NCBI GenBank assembly: GCA_038231275.1
Contig: JBBRLQ010000007.1
Coordinates: 64,001 to 128,000 of the forward strand
DNA length: 64,000 bases
Direction: 5' to 3'
Source of the DNA: Polyangiales bacterium
Lineage (GTDB): Bacteria > Myxococcota_A > Polyangia > Polyangiales > Polyangiaceae
Program-made: the position numbers and the translations under genes
The notes under the pieces: model-generated
Database searches by the model: none
The model's input: only the letters and a program-made list of their open reading frames with translations
Told to the model about the DNA's origin: nothing
Part shown: positions 26,553 to 37,916 of the stretch, one piece after another
Layout of the letters: each line of letters opens with the position of its first letter
Position numbering within the stretch: position 1 is the stretch's first letter

Positions 26553-28063
26553 GGGTTCGGCGCGGCGAGATCGCGGGGTGCCGGCGCGCGAATTGGACGC
26601 GGTCGTGCACGCTCGACGCGCACGGCGGGGCGCGGCGGCGGAGGTGCCGGGAGGAGATCGGGGAGCGAGACCTCGGGCAGGACGCCGCCCATCTCCGCCG
26701 CCTGCGCGCTTCGGAGCGGGGCGAGCGCACGCCGCGAGTGGCCGATCGAGCCATCGGGTCCACCCGCAAAGAGGATCGTGAGCGTCGCCATCGCGATGAC
26801 GAGCGTGAACGCGCCGGCCACGACGCGCGGCACGCGGAAGAGATCGACGAACGCCGCGAGCGCCGCGTCCGGTGCCCTGCGCGTCCGCGCCGTCGTGCGC
26901 CACCGCTCGGAGGTCGTCGACGGCGTCGGGGTCAGCATCGACAGCGGCGTGTGGGCGAGGCCCGACGGCATCGAGTCGACGTCGTTCGCCGGGCCGCGCG
27001 GGATGCTCGCCGTGACGCGCACGCCCGACGCCTCCTCCAGCGGCTCGTCCGCGATGGGAAGATTTCCCCGTAGGACGCGGTGGCGGAGATCGAGCACGTG
27101 TCCGACGCAGCGCCAGACGTGCTCGCCGACCTGGGTGTGCGTCGCCGGGGCGAGGCCGCCTTCCCGGGCCGCGGCCTCGAGCGCATCCGCGAAGGCGCGC
27201 GCGGACGGCCAGCGATCCTCGGCGTCCTTCTCGAGCGCCTTCAGGATTACTCCGTCGATCGACGGCGGTAGCCCGGGGCGGAGCGTGCTCGGCGACTCCG
27301 GCGTCATGCCGATCACGCGCTGGAGAGTCGCGACCTCGCTCTGCGCGCGGAAGAGGCGCCGCTCGGTAAAGGCTTCCCACGCGACGACGCCGAGCGCGAA
27401 GACGTCGCTGCGCGCGTCGACCCTGCCGCGCCGCACGCACTCCGGCGCCATGTACGCGATCTTGCCCTTCAGATCGCGCCCATCGGTCGCGCCGGCGGTG
27501 GCGCGGAGGATCTTGGCGACGCCGAAGTCGGAGATGCGCGCGACGCCGTCGGTGCCGACGAGCACGTTCTCGGGGGACACGTCGCGGTGCACGACCCCGA
27601 GCGGTCGCCCCCGCTCGTCGACGAGCCTGTGCGCGGCCTCGAGGCCCGCGGCGGCGTCGAGGAGCACGCGCAGCGCGATCTCGGGATCGAGCGGATGTTT
27701 GCGCGTCGCCGACAGGAGAGACGAGAGCGCGCCGCCTTGCACGTAGTCCATCACGAGGATCAGCTCGTCATCGAGCTCCTCGATGTCGTGCACTGCGACG
27801 ACGTTCGGGTGATGCACGCGCGACGCGACGCGCGCCTCCGCGCGAAACATCTTCGCGAAGTTCTCGTCGCGCACCAGGTGCTCGTGCGCGCGCTTCAGGG
27901 CGACGAGGCGCTGGAACCCTGCGGGACCGCGGAGGCGTCCGAGGTACACCGTCCCCATGCCCCCCGACGCGATGCGTGCGAGCAGCTCGTAGCGCGAGCC
28001 GGGGGCGAGCCTGTCCCGTGAGGACAGATCTTTCTCCGGGTGGGCCAGGGGTAGGGCGCTCAC
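26519..28063 (-). CDS. Transmembrane Ser/Thr protein kinase
   Basis: GGMGTVY, VALK, HRDVSPEN, DFG, YMAPE, TM helix and Pro-rich tail ending NPYG. GTGA overlap with upstream stop. Confidence 0.9.
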   Translation of the reverse strand: MSALPLAHPEKDLSSRDRLAPGSRYELLARIASGGMGTVYLGRLRGPAGFQRLVALKRAHEHLVRDENFAKMFRAEARVASRVHHPNVVAVHDIEELDDELILVMDYVQGGALSSLLSATRKHPLDPEIALRVLLDAAAGLEAAHRLVDERGRPLGVVHRDVSPENVLVGTDGVARISDFGVAKILRATAGATDGRDLKGKIAYMAPECVRRGRVDARSDVFALGVVAWEAFTERRLFRAQSEVATLQRVIGMTPESPSTLRPGLPPSIDGVILKALEKDAEDRWPSARAFADALEAAAREGGLAPATHTQVGEHVWRCVGHVLDLRHRVLRGNLPIADEPLEEASGVRVTASIPRGPANDVDSMPSGLAHTPLSMLTPTPSTTSERWRTTARTRRAPDAALAAFVDLFRVPRVVAGAFTLVIAMATLTILFAGGPDGSIGHSRRALAPLRSAQAAEMGGVLPEVSLPDLLPAPPPPRPAVRVERARPRPIRAPAPRDLAAPNPYGAASSSPLK

Positions 28064-28991
28064 TGCCGCAAGGTCAGTGCAAGCCCGGGACCATACGGAT
28101 GCAGGTGCACGGCGGCGCTGCTCTTTTTGCCGTCGCCCCACCTCACCGCGAAGATCCCGAGGGCCGTCGTCGCGAGCGCGAGGGCCCCGGTGACGCCAAA
28201 AAGCACGTTGGTTCGGAGCTGTGCGGACTGTCCATCGTGTTGTGCGGTGGATGTAGGATGTCCTGCAAAAACCTCATGTTGGTGGAGGGTGTCGACCCCC
28301 GACGCGACGCTGGATCCGAGCCCGATGGTGGTGAGGCCGATCCCCACCCAGAACCATGCGGGGGAGATGCCTCCGCCGTCAGCGGAATTTTCCGGGGTCG
28401 GACTCAGCGTCGGATCCGGCGTCGGATTCAGCGTCGGATTCGGCATCGAGGTCGGAGTCGGTGACGCGTTCGGCGGCGCGGTGACGTCGAGGGACTGGCC
28501 CGCCGCGACGGTGACGGAGCCCCGGCCCGAGGGCTCCCACTCGATCGCGTGCGGTCCCGGAGTGACCCACGTGATCGTCTTCGCGGGCTCGCCGTCGATG
28601 CGCGCGCGGCACGGTGGGTCGGGGCACACGAGCGCGATGCGGCCGACCTTGCGCGCGAAGCGATCGCGCGCCTCGCGAATGAGTGGGCCGAGATCGGCGC
28701 CCTCTTGCGTCGCGCGCTCGACGAGGCGCATGCCGATCACGGGATCGTCGATCTTGAGCGCCGCTTGAATCGCGAACTTCAGCGCCACCGGGCTCGGCGC
28801 CAGCTCGTCGGCGACCGTGAACTCGCGCGCGGCGAGCGCGTACTTGCCGGCGTCGTACGCGTGCGCGCCGCGATCGTAGGCCGCGCGCGCGAGGGCCACC
28901 GCGTCGGGATCGGCGGCGCCCGCACATGGAGCCGCGAGCGCGAGCGTCAGCGCCGTCGTCGCGGACAGGAGGAGCCGCCGCGCGCGGGGCG

Positions 28992-28995
<4 letters not shown>
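28060..28995 (-). CDS. Secreted TPR + PEGA-like protein with C-terminal membrane segments
   Basis: Signal peptide, ARAAYDRGAHAYDAGKYALAAREF TPR, RIDG...VTPGPHAI PEGA-like, hydrophobic C-terminus. GTGA overlap. Confidence 0.8.
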
Positions 28996-30314
<1,319 letters not shown>

Positions 30315-30369
30315 CCTCGGGGATCTTACCTCAGAGAGCGAAGGTTCCGCTCTCTTCCGAGGCCATGCC

Positions 30370-30930
30370 TCACTTGCAGGCGTCGGGGAAGCAGCCGCAC
30401 TGGCTGCCCTGGCACGTGCAGGTCGCATTTTCGCCGCACGCCGACGGATCGCCGACCTGGCACGTGTTCGTGCAGAAGTGCGCGTTGGGGTCGCCGAGCG
30501 TGGCGCAGAGGATCGCTTTGGAGTTGCCGAGGCAGTCGCCGAAGCCGTTGCAGTACTTGCCGACGCCGATCGAGTTGCCTTTGTCGCCGGGCTTGCCGCA
30601 GCCCTTGAATCCGGCCGCGTCGACCGAGTAGCCCGCGTCGACCGCGCCGGAGCTCGATCCGCCGCTCGACGAGCTGGCGCCCGAGCTGCCGCTGCTGCTG
30701 GAGGAGCCACCCGAGCTCGAGCCACCGCTGCTCGACGAGCTGCCGCCGGAGCTGCCGCTGCTGGAGCCGCCGGAGCTCCCCGCCGCGGTCCCCGAGCTCG
30801 AGCCCGGCGTCTTCGTCTCGCCTTCGGTGGACGAACCGGTGCCGTCACCGCCGCCGCACGCCGCCACGGCGAGCGCCGCCGCGAACGAGATCACGCCGAA
30901 CACGATGCTCTTCTTGTGGGCCTTCTTCAT
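30370..30930 (-). CDS. Lipoprotein with Gly/Ser linker and small Cys-rich domain
   Basis: MKKAHKK...VAAC lipobox, SSGGSS repeats, Cys-rich C-terminus, AGGAGG SD upstream. Confidence 0.8.
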   Translation of the reverse strand: MKKAHKKSIVFGVISFAAALAVAACGGGDGTGSSTEGETKTPGSSSGTAAGSSGGSSSGSSGGSSSSSGGSSSGGSSSSSGSSGASSSSGGSSSGAVDAGYSVDAAGFKGCGKPGDKGNSIGVGKYCNGFGDCLGNSKAILCATLGDPNAHFCTNTCQVGDPSACGENATCTCQGSQCGCFPDACK

Positions 30931-30986
30931 GACGCTCGTCCTCCTGGTGTCGCTGCCGTTGCCGTTGCCGTTGCCGCTCGCCGCTC

Positions 30987-31943
30987 TCAAAACGTCCCCC
31001 AGTGCCCGCCGTCGCAGGCGACGTTGCCGAGCCCCGCCCCGTCGACCGTCTGGCCGAACGCGACGCACATCTCGAGGCCGAACGGCAGATCGTGATCGGT
31101 GGTGTTGTTCCACGCGCACTTCACGTGAATCTCGTCGCCGGCCTTGAGCTCGTAGGGCGACGACGGATCGCGCCGCATCTCCGGCGGGTGGAAGACGAAC
31201 GCCGGATCCCAATCGACGTCGATGACGCGATCGACGGCGCCGTCGCGGATGCGGTCGATCGAGATGTGCTCGCCCCACGCGTGCATGTGCGGCTGGAGCA
31301 TCCAGAGCGAGACGTTCTGCTGCATCGTGCAGCGCACGTCGTAGGTCGAGTGCCCGGGCGTCGCGCGCATCTGCGTGTCGAGCCAGGTCGCGGCGCTCGT
31401 GCGGGTCACCTTCGCGCCGGGATCGGCGAAGTGGACGTTGACCGCGGACTGCGCATCGACCGTGGCGACGCCAGCGTTCAGGTAGTGATGATTCGCCACG
31501 ATTTGCGCCCCTTTGGGCACGCGCGCGACGAGGTTGCCGGGGAGCTTGGCGCTTCCCCCTTCGCCGCCGCCGCTCACGAAGCGGAACGACGCCATGTCGT
31601 CGTTGGTGCACTGGCGCGTCGTCCCCGCCGGCTCCTGGCGCTCGGTGTAGAAGAGGACGACGTGGTGGCCGGTTTTCGACTGGAACGTGTCGACCTCCTG
31701 CACGTCGAGATCGCGATCGGCGACGTGATCGGTCCACGTGCACCACTCCTCGCTCGCCTGCGGCGCGATGCCTTTGACGATCGGGAGGACGACTTGGAAT
31801 CCGTTCGCGGGCGGGGCGTCGACCTTGGTGCCGCCGAGGATCGTCATGCCGGCAGGCGTGACGGGCTCGTCGTGGGCGGCGGGCGTCGCGGACGATCCGC
31901 AGGCCGCGAGAGCGAGGAGCGTCGGGAAGAGGGGGCTTCGCAT
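30987..31943 (-). CDS. Copper type II ascorbate-dependent monooxygenase-like (PHM/DBH fold) lipoprotein
   Basis: LAAC lipobox, CuH-type HH (GHHVVLF) and HHYLN, CuM-type PHMHAWG and EMC, SD AAGGAG. Confidence 0.8.
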   Translation of the reverse strand: MRSPLFPTLLALAACGSSATPAAHDEPVTPAGMTILGGTKVDAPPANGFQVVLPIVKGIAPQASEEWCTWTDHVADRDLDVQEVDTFQSKTGHHVVLFYTERQEPAGTTRQCTNDDMASFRFVSGGGEGGSAKLPGNLVARVPKGAQIVANHHYLNAGVATVDAQSAVNVHFADPGAKVTRTSAATWLDTQMRATPGHSTYDVRCTMQQNVSLWMLQPHMHAWGEHISIDRIRDGAVDRVIDVDWDPAFVFHPPEMRRDPSSPYELKAGDEIHVKCAWNNTTDHDLPFGLEMCVAFGQTVDGAGLGNVACDGGHWGTF

Positions 31944-31972
31944 CGTCGTGTCTCCTTGTTGAAGAGACACAT

Positions 31973-31988
31973 CGCAACTGCCGTACCG
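31973..31988 (-). promoter_or_regulatory. Sigma-54 promoter (-24/-12)
   Basis: CGGTACGGCAGTTGCG on the minus strand versus consensus TGGCACG-N4-TTGC. Confidence 0.65.
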
Positions 31989-32086
31989 CGCTGCGCCGCG
32001 CGCGCTTTCGCGGAGTTGCCGCGTGCGCGAGGCCGAAAGAGCGGCCTATTGTCCGCTATGCATCGGACTTCTGTCTGGCGCTGGCT

Positions 32087-32773
32087 TCACGGACACGTGA
32101 GGAGCGCGCCGCCGGCGACCGTCGTGCACGCGCACCCCATCAGGTCGCAGCCCGTGCACGACGGGTTCGCGCACGCGGGGCACGCGTTGACGCACGTGTA
32201 GCTCGTTTCGCCGCCGCTCGTCCGCGTCGTGCAAAACTCGCCGCACGACGGCACCGCTGTGACGCAGTAGATCGTCCCGCAGCGGTAGCGAAAGCCAGGC
32301 GGCGTGCAGTTGGCGGCGGTCGACAAGTCCTGTCCACGCCCGTTGGCGGAGCACTCGTCGGCGTCGACGGTTCCGTCGCACGCGCACACGTAGGGCGCGG
32401 CGCTGCACCCGGTCCGCTGCGCGCGGCAGTGCCCCGGCTGGCCGTTGCCGCAGAGGTGGTCGGAGAAGTGGCAATAAAAGCCGGCCGTGCATTCGGTGCT
32501 CGCGTGGCACGTCGGACCCGCGTCGACGGGCGGCCCCCCGTCGCCGCTCGAGCCGCTGGAGCCGCTGGTTCCGCTGCCTCCGCTGGTTCCGCTCGACCCG
32601 CTGGTTCCGCTCGAGCCGCCGGACGCTCCACTCGACGCGCCGTCCCCTCCACCATCGCGCGGGCCCGCCGGGTCGGACTGGAACCCCCAATCGAGCGCGC
32701 AGCCGGCGAGGGCGGTCGCAGCGAGGACGACGCCCCACCGCCCGCCGGGTGTCCCGAGGCGCCGATCGCGCAT
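32087..32773 (-). CDS. Cys-rich lipoprotein with Gly/Ser linker (Kazal-like segment)
   Basis: LAGC lipobox, GSSGTS 9-bp repeats, YVCACDGTVDADECSA. Confidence 0.75.
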   Translation of the reverse strand: MRDRRLGTPGGRWGVVLAATALAGCALDWGFQSDPAGPRDGGGDGASSGASGGSSGTSGSSGTSGGSGTSGSSGSSGDGGPPVDAGPTCHASTECTAGFYCHFSDHLCGNGQPGHCRAQRTGCSAAPYVCACDGTVDADECSANGRGQDLSTAANCTPPGFRYRCGTIYCVTAVPSCGEFCTTRTSGGETSYTCVNACPACANPSCTGCDLMGCACTTVAGGALLTCP

Positions 32774-32817
32774 GCTCCCATGATACGCGGCCGGTGGTAC
32801 ATTGTCCCGACCCCCCC

Positions 32818-33834
32818 ATGAACGACCGCTTTCTTCGAGCCCTGCGCCGCGAAAAGACCGACGTGACTCCCGTCTGGTTCATGCGCCAGGCCGGCCGCTA
32901 CATGCCCGAGTACAGAGCCCTCCGCCAGAAGCACACGCTCCTCGAGCTTTGCAAGACGCCGGAGCTCGCGACCCAAGTTACCCTGCAGCCCCTACGCCTC
33001 GGCGTCGACGCGGCGATCCTCTTCGCGGACATCTTGCTGCCGCTGGAGCCGATGGGGGCGTCGTTCGAGTTCGCGAAAGGGGAGGGGCCCGTCATTCACG
33101 AGCCCATCTCGAACCGCGCGCAGATCGACAAGCTACGCGTCATCGATCCCGAGGAGGGGCTTGGGTACGTGCTCGACGCCATCAAGAGCATCAAGAAGGA
33201 GCTGACCGGAAAGCTTCCGCTCATCGGCTTCGCAGGGGCGCCGTTCACGCTCGCGAGCTACCTCATCGAAGGCGGAAAGTCGGCGCACTTCGCCAAGACC
33301 AAGCGCCTCATGTACGCCGAGCCCGACGCCTGGAACGCGCTCATGGGGAAGCTCGCCGAAGTCGTGCGCAAATACCTGCGCGCGCAGATCGTCGCCGGCG
33401 CCGACTGCGTGCAGCTTTTCGACTCCTGGGTCGGGCAGCTCTCGCCGGAGGACTACAAGGAGTACGTGCAGCCGCACGTCGCGCACATCCTGAAGGACGT
33501 CGAGAAGGCCGGCGTGCCGGTCATCCACTTCGGCACCGGCACGCAGGCGCTCCTCGAGCTTCAACGCGACGCAGGCGGCACCGCCATCGGCCTCGACTGG
33601 CGCACACCTTTCGCCGAAGGATGGAAGCGGATCGGACACGATCGCGCGGTGCAAGGGAACATGGACCCGACCGTGCTCTTCGCGCCGGTCGAGATCGCGC
33701 TGAAGCATGCCAAGCGCGTCCTCGACGCGGCGGGCAAGCGGCCGGGGCACGTCTTCAACCTGGGGCACGGCATCCTCCCGGAGACGCCCGTCGAGACGGT
33801 GCAGGCCGTCATCGACTTCGTTCACGCGCAATGA
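32818..33834 (+). CDS. hemE: Uroporphyrinogen decarboxylase
   Basis: PVWFMRQAGRYMPEY, DAAILFADIL, IGFAGAPFTLASY, QLFDSW, FNLGHGI. Confidence 0.98.
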   Translation: MNDRFLRALRREKTDVTPVWFMRQAGRYMPEYRALRQKHTLLELCKTPELATQVTLQPLRLGVDAAILFADILLPLEPMGASFEFAKGEGPVIHEPISNRAQIDKLRVIDPEEGLGYVLDAIKSIKKELTGKLPLIGFAGAPFTLASYLIEGGKSAHFAKTKRLMYAEPDAWNALMGKLAEVVRKYLRAQIVAGADCVQLFDSWVGQLSPEDYKEYVQPHVAHILKDVEKAGVPVIHFGTGTQALLELQRDAGGTAIGLDWRTPFAEGWKRIGHDRAVQGNMDPTVLFAPVEIALKHAKRVLDAAGKRPGHVFNLGHGILPETPVETVQAVIDFVHAQ

Positions 33835-34775
33835 CCGCGAAGACGAGCACCGCCGTCGTCCTCATCGCCCACGGCACCGTCGAGCGGCTCGACGATCTCC
33901 CCGAGTTTCTCGCCAACATCCGGCGCGGGCAGCCGGCCGGCGCCGAGCTCGTCGCCGAGGTGCGCCGGCGCTACGAAGCGATCGGCGGCAAATCGCCGCT
34001 CCTCGGCATCACCAAGAGCGTGGCCACGAAGGTCGAGCGCGCGCTATCGGTTCCGACGCGCGTAGCGATGCGGCTGTGGCACCCGTACCCGAAGGACGTG
34101 CTCGCGTCGCTCGGCGCCGAGGGCGTGCGAAAGGTCGCGGTCGTGCCGCTCGCCCAGCACTCGGCGGCGATCTACGGCGCGGCGATGAAGGAGGCGGCGG
34201 CGGCGCTCGCGAAGGAAGGGGGACCCGCGATCGAGGTCGTCGCCGCAGGCAACTGGGGCCGCAAGGGGACGCTGCTCGACGCGTACACGGCGAACATCCA
34301 TCGCGCCGTCTCCAAGATCCCGGAGCCCGAGCGCGCACGCACGCGCATCGTGATGACCGCGCACAGCCTGCCGACGTTCATCATCAAACAAGGCGATCCC
34401 TACGAGGACGAGGTCCGCGCGAGCGCGATGATGATCGCACTGCGCCTCGGCCCCAACGCGCCCGACTACGTCGTCGCGTTCCAGAGTCAGGGGATGAGCG
34501 GCCCAGGCCCCGGCGGAAAGCCGGTCGAGTGGCTCGGCCCCGATCTGCGCGCCGCGATCGACGCCGCCGCGCACGACGGCATGCGCCACCTCGTCGTCGC
34601 GCCGATCGGCTTCCTCGCGGACCACGTAGAGATCCTCTACGACATCGACATCGAGGCGAAGGCGTGGGCGCAGGAGCGCAAGATCGTGCTTCACCGCAGC
34701 GAGTCGCTCAACGACGGCGACGGCCTCGTGCGCGCCGTCGTCGAGGTCGCGCGCCCGCTCGTCGGAGGCCCGTGA
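33831..34775 (+). CDS. hemH: Ferrochelatase (Firmicute/CpfC-like)
   Basis: HGT...IRRG...RYEAIGGKSPL, TAHSLP, FQSQG, WLGP, GFLADHVEILYDIDIE. ATGA overlap. Confidence 0.95.
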   Translation: MTAKTSTAVVLIAHGTVERLDDLPEFLANIRRGQPAGAELVAEVRRRYEAIGGKSPLLGITKSVATKVERALSVPTRVAMRLWHPYPKDVLASLGAEGVRKVAVVPLAQHSAAIYGAAMKEAAAALAKEGGPAIEVVAAGNWGRKGTLLDAYTANIHRAVSKIPEPERARTRIVMTAHSLPTFIIKQGDPYEDEVRASAMMIALRLGPNAPDYVVAFQSQGMSGPGPGGKPVEWLGPDLRAAIDAAAHDGMRHLVVAPIGFLADHVEILYDIDIEAKAWAQERKIVLHRSESLNDGDGLVRAVVEVARPLVGGP

Positions 34776-36160
34776 GGAAGCGGCGGGTCGTCGTCGTCGG
34801 CGGCGGCATCTCGGGGCTGGCGACCGCGCACGCGCTGACCGCGGCGTGCGACGTAACGCTGATCGAAGCCTCGCCGCACCTCGGCGGCAACATCGTCACC
34901 GTGGACACCGCCGGCTTCACGCTCGACGGCGGCCCCGACTCGTGGGTCAACGCAAAGCCCGCCGCGGGCGAGCTCGTGCGCTCGCTTGGTCTGTCGGCAG
35001 AGATGATCGAGACCGAGGAGGCGAGCCGCAAGGTCTACGTTTCGCAGCGCGGCGAGCTCTTGCCGATGCCAGACGGCCTCGTCCTCGGCATCCCCACGAA
35101 GCTCGCGCCGATGGTGCTGACGCCGCTCTTCACGTGGGATGGCAAGCTGCGGATGGCGCTCGAGCCGTTCATCCCGGCGCGTCAGGCCGACACCGACGAG
35201 TCGATCGGCGAGTTCTTCTCGCGGCGCCTGGGCGACGAAGTGACCGACAAGCTCATCGCACCGATGCTCGGCGGCATCTTCGCGGGCGACGCGTGGCAGC
35301 TGTCGATCCAGGCGACGTTTCCTCAGTTCCCGGAGTCGGAGCGCAAATATGGATCGCTGGTCCGCGGAATGCGGGCTGCTCGCCACGCCGCGTCCCCGGA
35401 CGGGAAGCCGAAGAGCGCGTTCACCTCGCTGCGCGGCGGCATGGTCACGCTGGTCGAGGCGCTCGCAGCGCGGCTCGAGCCGGTCGCGACGCTGCGCCTT
35501 GGCTGCCGCGTCGACGCGATCGCCCGCCGCGAGGACGGCGCGTGGACGGTCGTTCCAGAGGCGGGCGAGCGAGTGGTCGCCGACGACGTCGTCTTCGCAG
35601 GACCGGCACACGCCCTCGGTCACGCCGCCCGCGACCTCTCCACGCCGCTCTCGTCCGCGCTCGGCGAGATCGCGTACACCTCGACGGCGACCGTCTTCTT
35701 CGCCTTGCGCCGCGAGGACGTCTCGCACCCTCTCGACGGCGTCGGGTACATCGTCCCCCGTTCGGAGCGTCGGTCGACGATGGCGGCGACGTGGGTCTCG
35801 AGCAAGTGGGCCGGGCGCGCGCCGGACCAACACGTCCTCATCCGCTGCTTCTTCGGCGGCGCCGGGCGCGAGGAGATCCTCGATCTCGACGACAAGGAGC
35901 TCGTCCTCCTCGCGTCGCGCGAGCTGGAGGAGATGATGCGCATTCGCGTGCGTCCGGTGTTCACACACGTCTTCCGTTTCCGCCGCGCCAGCCCTCAGCC
36001 CACGCTCGGCCACCTCGGCCGCGTGCGCCGCGTCCGCGACGAGCTCGCGCGCTGGCCGGGCCTTCACGCGAACGGCAGCGGCTTCGCGATCGGAATCCCC
36101 GACTGCATCAAGCTCGCCCACGAAACGGCCGCGGCCGTCGTCGCGCGCGATCTCGGCTGA
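34772..36160 (+). CDS. hemY: HemY-type proto/coproporphyrinogen oxidase
   Basis: VVGGGISGLA FAD motif, GPDSW, DESIGEFFSRRLG, GIFAGD, GIPDCI. GTGA overlap. Confidence 0.93.
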   Translation: MRKRRVVVVGGGISGLATAHALTAACDVTLIEASPHLGGNIVTVDTAGFTLDGGPDSWVNAKPAAGELVRSLGLSAEMIETEEASRKVYVSQRGELLPMPDGLVLGIPTKLAPMVLTPLFTWDGKLRMALEPFIPARQADTDESIGEFFSRRLGDEVTDKLIAPMLGGIFAGDAWQLSIQATFPQFPESERKYGSLVRGMRAARHAASPDGKPKSAFTSLRGGMVTLVEALAARLEPVATLRLGCRVDAIARREDGAWTVVPEAGERVVADDVVFAGPAHALGHAARDLSTPLSSALGEIAYTSTATVFFALRREDVSHPLDGVGYIVPRSERRSTMAATWVSSKWAGRAPDQHVLIRCFFGGAGREEILDLDDKELVLLASRELEEMMRIRVRPVFTHVFRFRRASPQPTLGHLGRVRRVRDELARWPGLHANGSGFAIGIPDCIKLAHETAAAVVARDLG

Positions 36161-36163
36161 CCA

Positions 36164-37453
36164 TCAAAATCCAGGGTTTCGCGCGATGCCGTGAGGCCCC
36201 GTCGTCGCCGGCTCGGGCTCGGGCGCAGACGCCGAAGGTGCAGGCTGAGCAGGCACGCGCCGCGGCGCGCTCGCGGAGGGGGAGAGGGCGGAGATCGGAG
36301 TCGGAGTCGGCGTCGCGGTCGGAGTCGGCGTCGCGGTCGGAGTCGGAGTCGGAGTCGCGGTCGGAGTCGGAGTCGGAGTCGTGGTCGGCGTCGCGGTCGG
36401 CGTCGCGGTCGCGGTGAGGCGCGAGCGGGTCACAAGGGCGGCGGTCGTGAGGGTCGCCGCGACGAGGAGAAGCCCGAGCGCCCGTCGTGCCGGGGACGTG
36501 GAGGACGCCGCAGCGGTGGGAGTCTCGACGCCGTCGTCGGTGCGGTTGTCGAACCGCTGCGCCGAGGACTGCGGCGCGGGAGGTGGTGCGCGGAGGAGCT
36601 TCGTGAGGGACGTCTCGCTGTGCTCGACCGCCGCCGCGAGGGCGTTCGCCATCTCGCGTGCGGTCGCGTGCCGCTCGCTCGGGCGCTTCGAGAGCGCCCG
36701 CTGAATCTCCAGCCACAGCTTCGGAGGAATGTGCGGATCGGGATCGACCTCGGTCTCGAGCACCGCCGCGAGGCGCGCGGAGGGCGCGGGGGCGTCGAAT
36801 GGCGGCGATCCGGTGAGCATCTCGTAGAGGACGACGCCCATCGAGAAGAGATCGCTGCGCCCGTCCATCTCCTTGCCGTCGGCGCGGATCTGCTCGGGCG
36901 ACATGTACCCCGGCGTCCCGAGCACGTCGCCGTCGAGCGTCGCGAAGCCCTCGTCGACCGGGCCACCCCCCTTCGCGATCCCGAAATCGAGGAGCTTGGG
37001 GATCGTCTCGCCGTCCGGCTCGAGCGACAGGTAGATGTTCGAAGGCTTCAAGTCGCGGTGGAGCACGCCCTGCGTGTGCGCGTGGTCGAGCGCCGAGAGG
37101 ATCGGCACCGCGATCGCGACGGCTTCCTCCGGCGACAGCACCCCGACCTCCCGCAAGCGCGCCTCCAGCGTCTTGCCGCGAAGCAGCTCCATCACGAGGA
37201 CGAGCCCCTCCTCGGTTTCGACGAGATCGAACACGCGCGTGATGCTCCGGTGACCGAGCTTCGAGCCGACGCGCGCCTCATGACGAAACCGGCGCGCGGC
37301 GTCGCCCGTCTCGGCGCCCTCCGCGCGGAGAACCTTGAGGGCGACCTTCCCGTCGACCAGCGTGTTGCGCGCGACCCAGACGGATCCCATGCCGCCCCGG
37401 CCTATCGGGCGAACCAGCACGTATTTTCCGCCGATCGTGTCGCCAGCCTTCAC
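36164..37453 (-). CDS. Transmembrane Ser/Thr protein kinase
   Basis: GRGGMGSVW, VALK, HRDLKPSN, DFG, GTPGYMSPE, TM helix, PT/AT repeat tail ending RNPGF. Confidence 0.92.
   Translation of the reverse strand: MKAGDTIGGKYVLVRPIGRGGMGSVWVARNTLVDGKVALKVLRAEGAETGDAARRFRHEARVGSKLGHRSITRVFDLVETEEGLVLVMELLRGKTLEARLREVGVLSPEEAVAIAVPILSALDHAHTQGVLHRDLKPSNIYLSLEPDGETIPKLLDFGIAKGGGPVDEGFATLDGDVLGTPGYMSPEQIRADGKEMDGRSDLFSMGVVLYEMLTGSPPFDAPAPSARLAAVLETEVDPDPHIPPKLWLEIQRALSKRPSERHATAREMANALAAAVEHSETSLTKLLRAPPPAPQSSAQRFDNRTDDGVETPTAAASSTSPARRALGLLLVAATLTTAALVTRSRLTATATPTATPTTTPTPTPTATPTPTPTATPTPTATPTPTPISALSPSASAPRRVPAQPAPSASAPEPEPATTGPHGIARNPGF
36295..36415 (-). repeat. Hexamer tandem repeat (CCGACT and variants) encoding a Pro-Thr/Ala-Thr linker
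   Basis: About 20 degenerate hexamer units (agtcgg, cgtcgg, ggtcgc on the + strand). Confidence 0.85.
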
Positions 37454-37478
37454 GGGACTAGCAAGCGTATCAAGCGCC

Positions 37479-37865
37479 TCAGGCGGCGACGAGCGAGCGG
37501 AGAGGGCGCAGCGCTTCTGGACCCGCAAGTCCCCGCAAATGCACAAAAAGTGCTCGCTCGGTGCGCGGGTGCATTCCGTAGAATTCGATGCCCAAAGACA
37601 CCCCGAGGTCGTCTCCCGGCCGGCGCCCGTGGAGCACGCGGGTGACGACACCGAGCGCGTCGAACCATACGTTCGACCGCGGCGCCTGGAACGCGACGAC
37701 GACCTCTTCTCCCGTCAGCACACGCGTCTTCGCGCGCACGAGCATCCCCTTGATAGAGAGATCGAGCGCCAGATCGCCGATGAGCGTGAAGTCGTGCTCA
37801 CGGACGACCTCGCACGGCAGGCGAACGTAGCGGCGGAAGGTGCTTCGCACGGGGAGCTTCGGCAT
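37479..37865 (-). CDS. PilZ domain protein
   Basis: RxxxR (RRYVR) and DLSIKG (DxSxxG). Confidence 0.85.
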   Translation of the reverse strand: MPKLPVRSTFRRYVRLPCEVVREHDFTLIGDLALDLSIKGMLVRAKTRVLTGEEVVVAFQAPRSNVWFDALGVVTRVLHGRRPGDDLGVSLGIEFYGMHPRTERALFVHLRGLAGPEALRPLRSLVAA

Positions 37866-37916
37866 GGCGGTGTCCTCGAGACGAAGCGTACCGAGGCGCT
37901 CCGAAGAGGGCCAAGA

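Noticed and set aside
30640-32630. Short tandem repeats as a CRISPR array or mobile element
   Set aside because: They are in-frame Gly/Ser linker codons in lipoproteins, with no repeat-spacer structure or cas genes.
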